Of a DNA stretch of 39,375 nucleotides, positions 37,713 to 39,375 are shown in pieces. Source of the stretch: a virus (Duplodnaviria; Caudoviricetes); IMG/VR virus record IMGVR_UViG_3300032295_003639, positions 1 to 39,375 of that record; one strand, given 5' to 3'. The first letter of the stretch is position 1; each line of letters begins with the position of its first letter. The position numbers and the translations under genes are program-made. Under the pieces are notes generated by a model. It was not told where the DNA came from and did no database searches. It saw nothing but the letters and a program-made list of their open reading frames with translations.

Positions 37713-39371
37713 ATGCAGTTAGTAAAAAATTCTCCATATAAAATATTAGGTATTATTGGTGGTCAACACTCATGTGGTTTAGTATACTATGAAAATGGAG
37801 AAATTAAAGTTGTATTAGAAGAAGAAAGACTTATTAGACAAAAGTCATACAATGATTTGCATTCTAATTTCTTTAGATATCCTCTAGCATCCCTTAATGA
37901 ATTAATAAATAATTACGGAGTTAATCTAGATGAATTAGATTATATCACTAGTTTTCTAGAATATAATGTTATAAAAGATATAATGTCTGGTACAGTTGGT
38001 TACAATCTATCTCCTGATAAATTTATTAAAACTGAACACCATGAAACACACTGTGCTTTAGCATATTATTTTTCTGGGTTTGATGAAGATACATTAGTAG
38101 TAGCAATTGATGGAAGCGGAGAATACCACTCAGCTAAATATTATTTAGGTACTAATGGTAAAATGGAATATATTGATGGAATTGGTCTCGATAGAAAATC
38201 AATTGGGATGTATTACTGTGCCCTTACTGAACTTCTAGGTTTTAAACGTTTAAAAGATGAAGGTAAAATAGTTGGTTTAGCAGGACATGGAGAATATAAC
38301 TATGACTATTATAAAGTATTTAAAGAAATTCTTACATTAGAAGGAGGACTTAAAACTCAATTATCACAATTCTGGGATAAAAGCGACTTATCAGGTGGTG
38401 GTGTATATAGTGAATTGTTTTCAAAGTTTTTCAACATGATGGGAAGTCGTATTGATTGGAAAATGGATAATCACCGTAAAAATATTGCTTACTGTGGTCA
38501 ATTAGTATTTGAAGAAACAATATTAGATATTTTAAATACATTACACAATATGTACCCCAATGTTAAAAAATTAGCATTATCCGGGGGTGTATTTGCTAAT
38601 GTAAAAATGAATAAACGTATTAATGAATTACCTTGGGTTAATGAAGTATTTATTACTCCTCCAATGGGTGATGAAGGATTACCATTAGGTTCTTTAGCAC
38701 TTGCTATTAAACAACTCCATCCTGAATTCAAACCAACACGTTTAGAAAATGTTTATTTTGGAGTTGAATCAACCCCAGAACAAATAGATGAAGCAGCACA
38801 AAACGTACTTGGAAATTATATCAAAATTCCTTATAATGTAGATTATGTTGGTGAATTACTTAAAGCAAAGAAAATATTAGGTCTATTTAATGGTAAAGCA
38901 GAACATGGTCCTAGAGCATTAGGTAATAGAACAATTACTTGTGACCCAACACACCCCGAAACATATGATGTTATAAATGGTAAACTTCAACGTAATGATT
39001 TTATGCCATTTGCTCCTGCTGTGTTAGATGAAGACGCAGATCGTCTATTTAAAGTAGATAAATCTCGATATACAGCTGAATTTATGACTATGTTGTATGA
39101 TACTCGAGATGAATTTAAAGATATGTTACCAACAGTAACACACCCTGTTGATAAAACAGCTCGTATTCAAATTGTAACTCAAGAAACCAATCCATTCTTT
39201 TATAACATTCTAAAGAAGTATAAAGAATTAACAGGTATTGGTTGTTTGGTGAATACATCATTTAATGTTCATAATGAACCTATTGTTAATAAACCCGAAG
39301 AAGCATTTAAGCATCTTAAAAATGGAATAGTAGATTTTTTAGTAACCCCCTATGGAATTTATTCAAAATGA
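37713..39371 (+). CDS. O-carbamoyltransferase (NodU/CmcH/TobZ family)
   Basis: EEERL.R.K, EHHETH, IDGSGE, EGKIVGLA, LSGGVFANVK.N, GDEG, EHGPRALGNR, R..FMPFAP, NTSFNVHNEPIV. Confidence 0.93.
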   Translation: MQLVKNSPYKILGIIGGQHSCGLVYYENGEIKVVLEEERLIRQKSYNDLHSNFFRYPLASLNELINNYGVNLDELDYITSFLEYNVIKDIMSGTVGYNLSPDKFIKTEHHETHCALAYYFSGFDEDTLVVAIDGSGEYHSAKYYLGTNGKMEYIDGIGLDRKSIGMYYCALTELLGFKRLKDEGKIVGLAGHGEYNYDYYKVFKEILTLEGGLKTQLSQFWDKSDLSGGGVYSELFSKFFNMMGSRIDWKMDNHRKNIAYCGQLVFEETILDILNTLHNMYPNVKKLALSGGVFANVKMNKRINELPWVNEVFITPPMGDEGLPLGSLALAIKQLHPEFKPTRLENVYFGVESTPEQIDEAAQNVLGNYIKIPYNVDYVGELLKAKKILGLFNGKAEHGPRALGNRTITCDPTHPETYDVINGKLQRNDFMPFAPAVLDEDADRLFKVDKSRYTAEFMTMLYDTRDEFKDMLPTVTHPVDKTARIQIVTQETNPFFYNILKKYKELTGIGCLVNTSFNVHNEPIVNKPEEAFKHLKNGIVDFLVTPYGIYSK

Positions 39372-39375
39372 CAAC

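Overview
A very AT-rich, gene-dense segment coded entirely on the + strand. It is most simply read as part of a large T4-like (jumbo-type) dsDNA phage. The promoter shape (TTGG-N17-CGTATATTYAC) and A-rich, Shine-Dalgarno-less starts (AAAAGTTATG) point to a Bacteroidota host; this is inference. From left to right: (1) a nucleotide/7-deazaguanine block (queE 3' end, thioesterase, thioredoxin, hpt, folE, MazG-like pyrophosphatase), interrupted by a self-promotered cassette of a DIP1984-like coiled-coil gene plus a ~200-nt strongly structured non-coding element; (2) a replication/chaperone core (PolB, sliding clamp, clamp loaders, GroES/GroEL, DUF1599, PD-(D/E)XK nuclease); (3) a ~16-kb glycan cluster with heptose-type dehydratase, epimerase, reductases and kinase, a ColD-type 3-dehydratase, a stand-alone TPP E1 alpha/beta pair, a methyltransferase and several glycosyltransferases; (4) small accessory genes, many behind copies of a repeated promoter; (5) a carbamoyltransferase. 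Family calls come from motif recognition and memory, not database searches. The best candidates for undescribed biology are the protein + structured RNA cassette (2647-3325) and the phage-encoded modified-heptose glycosylation pathway.
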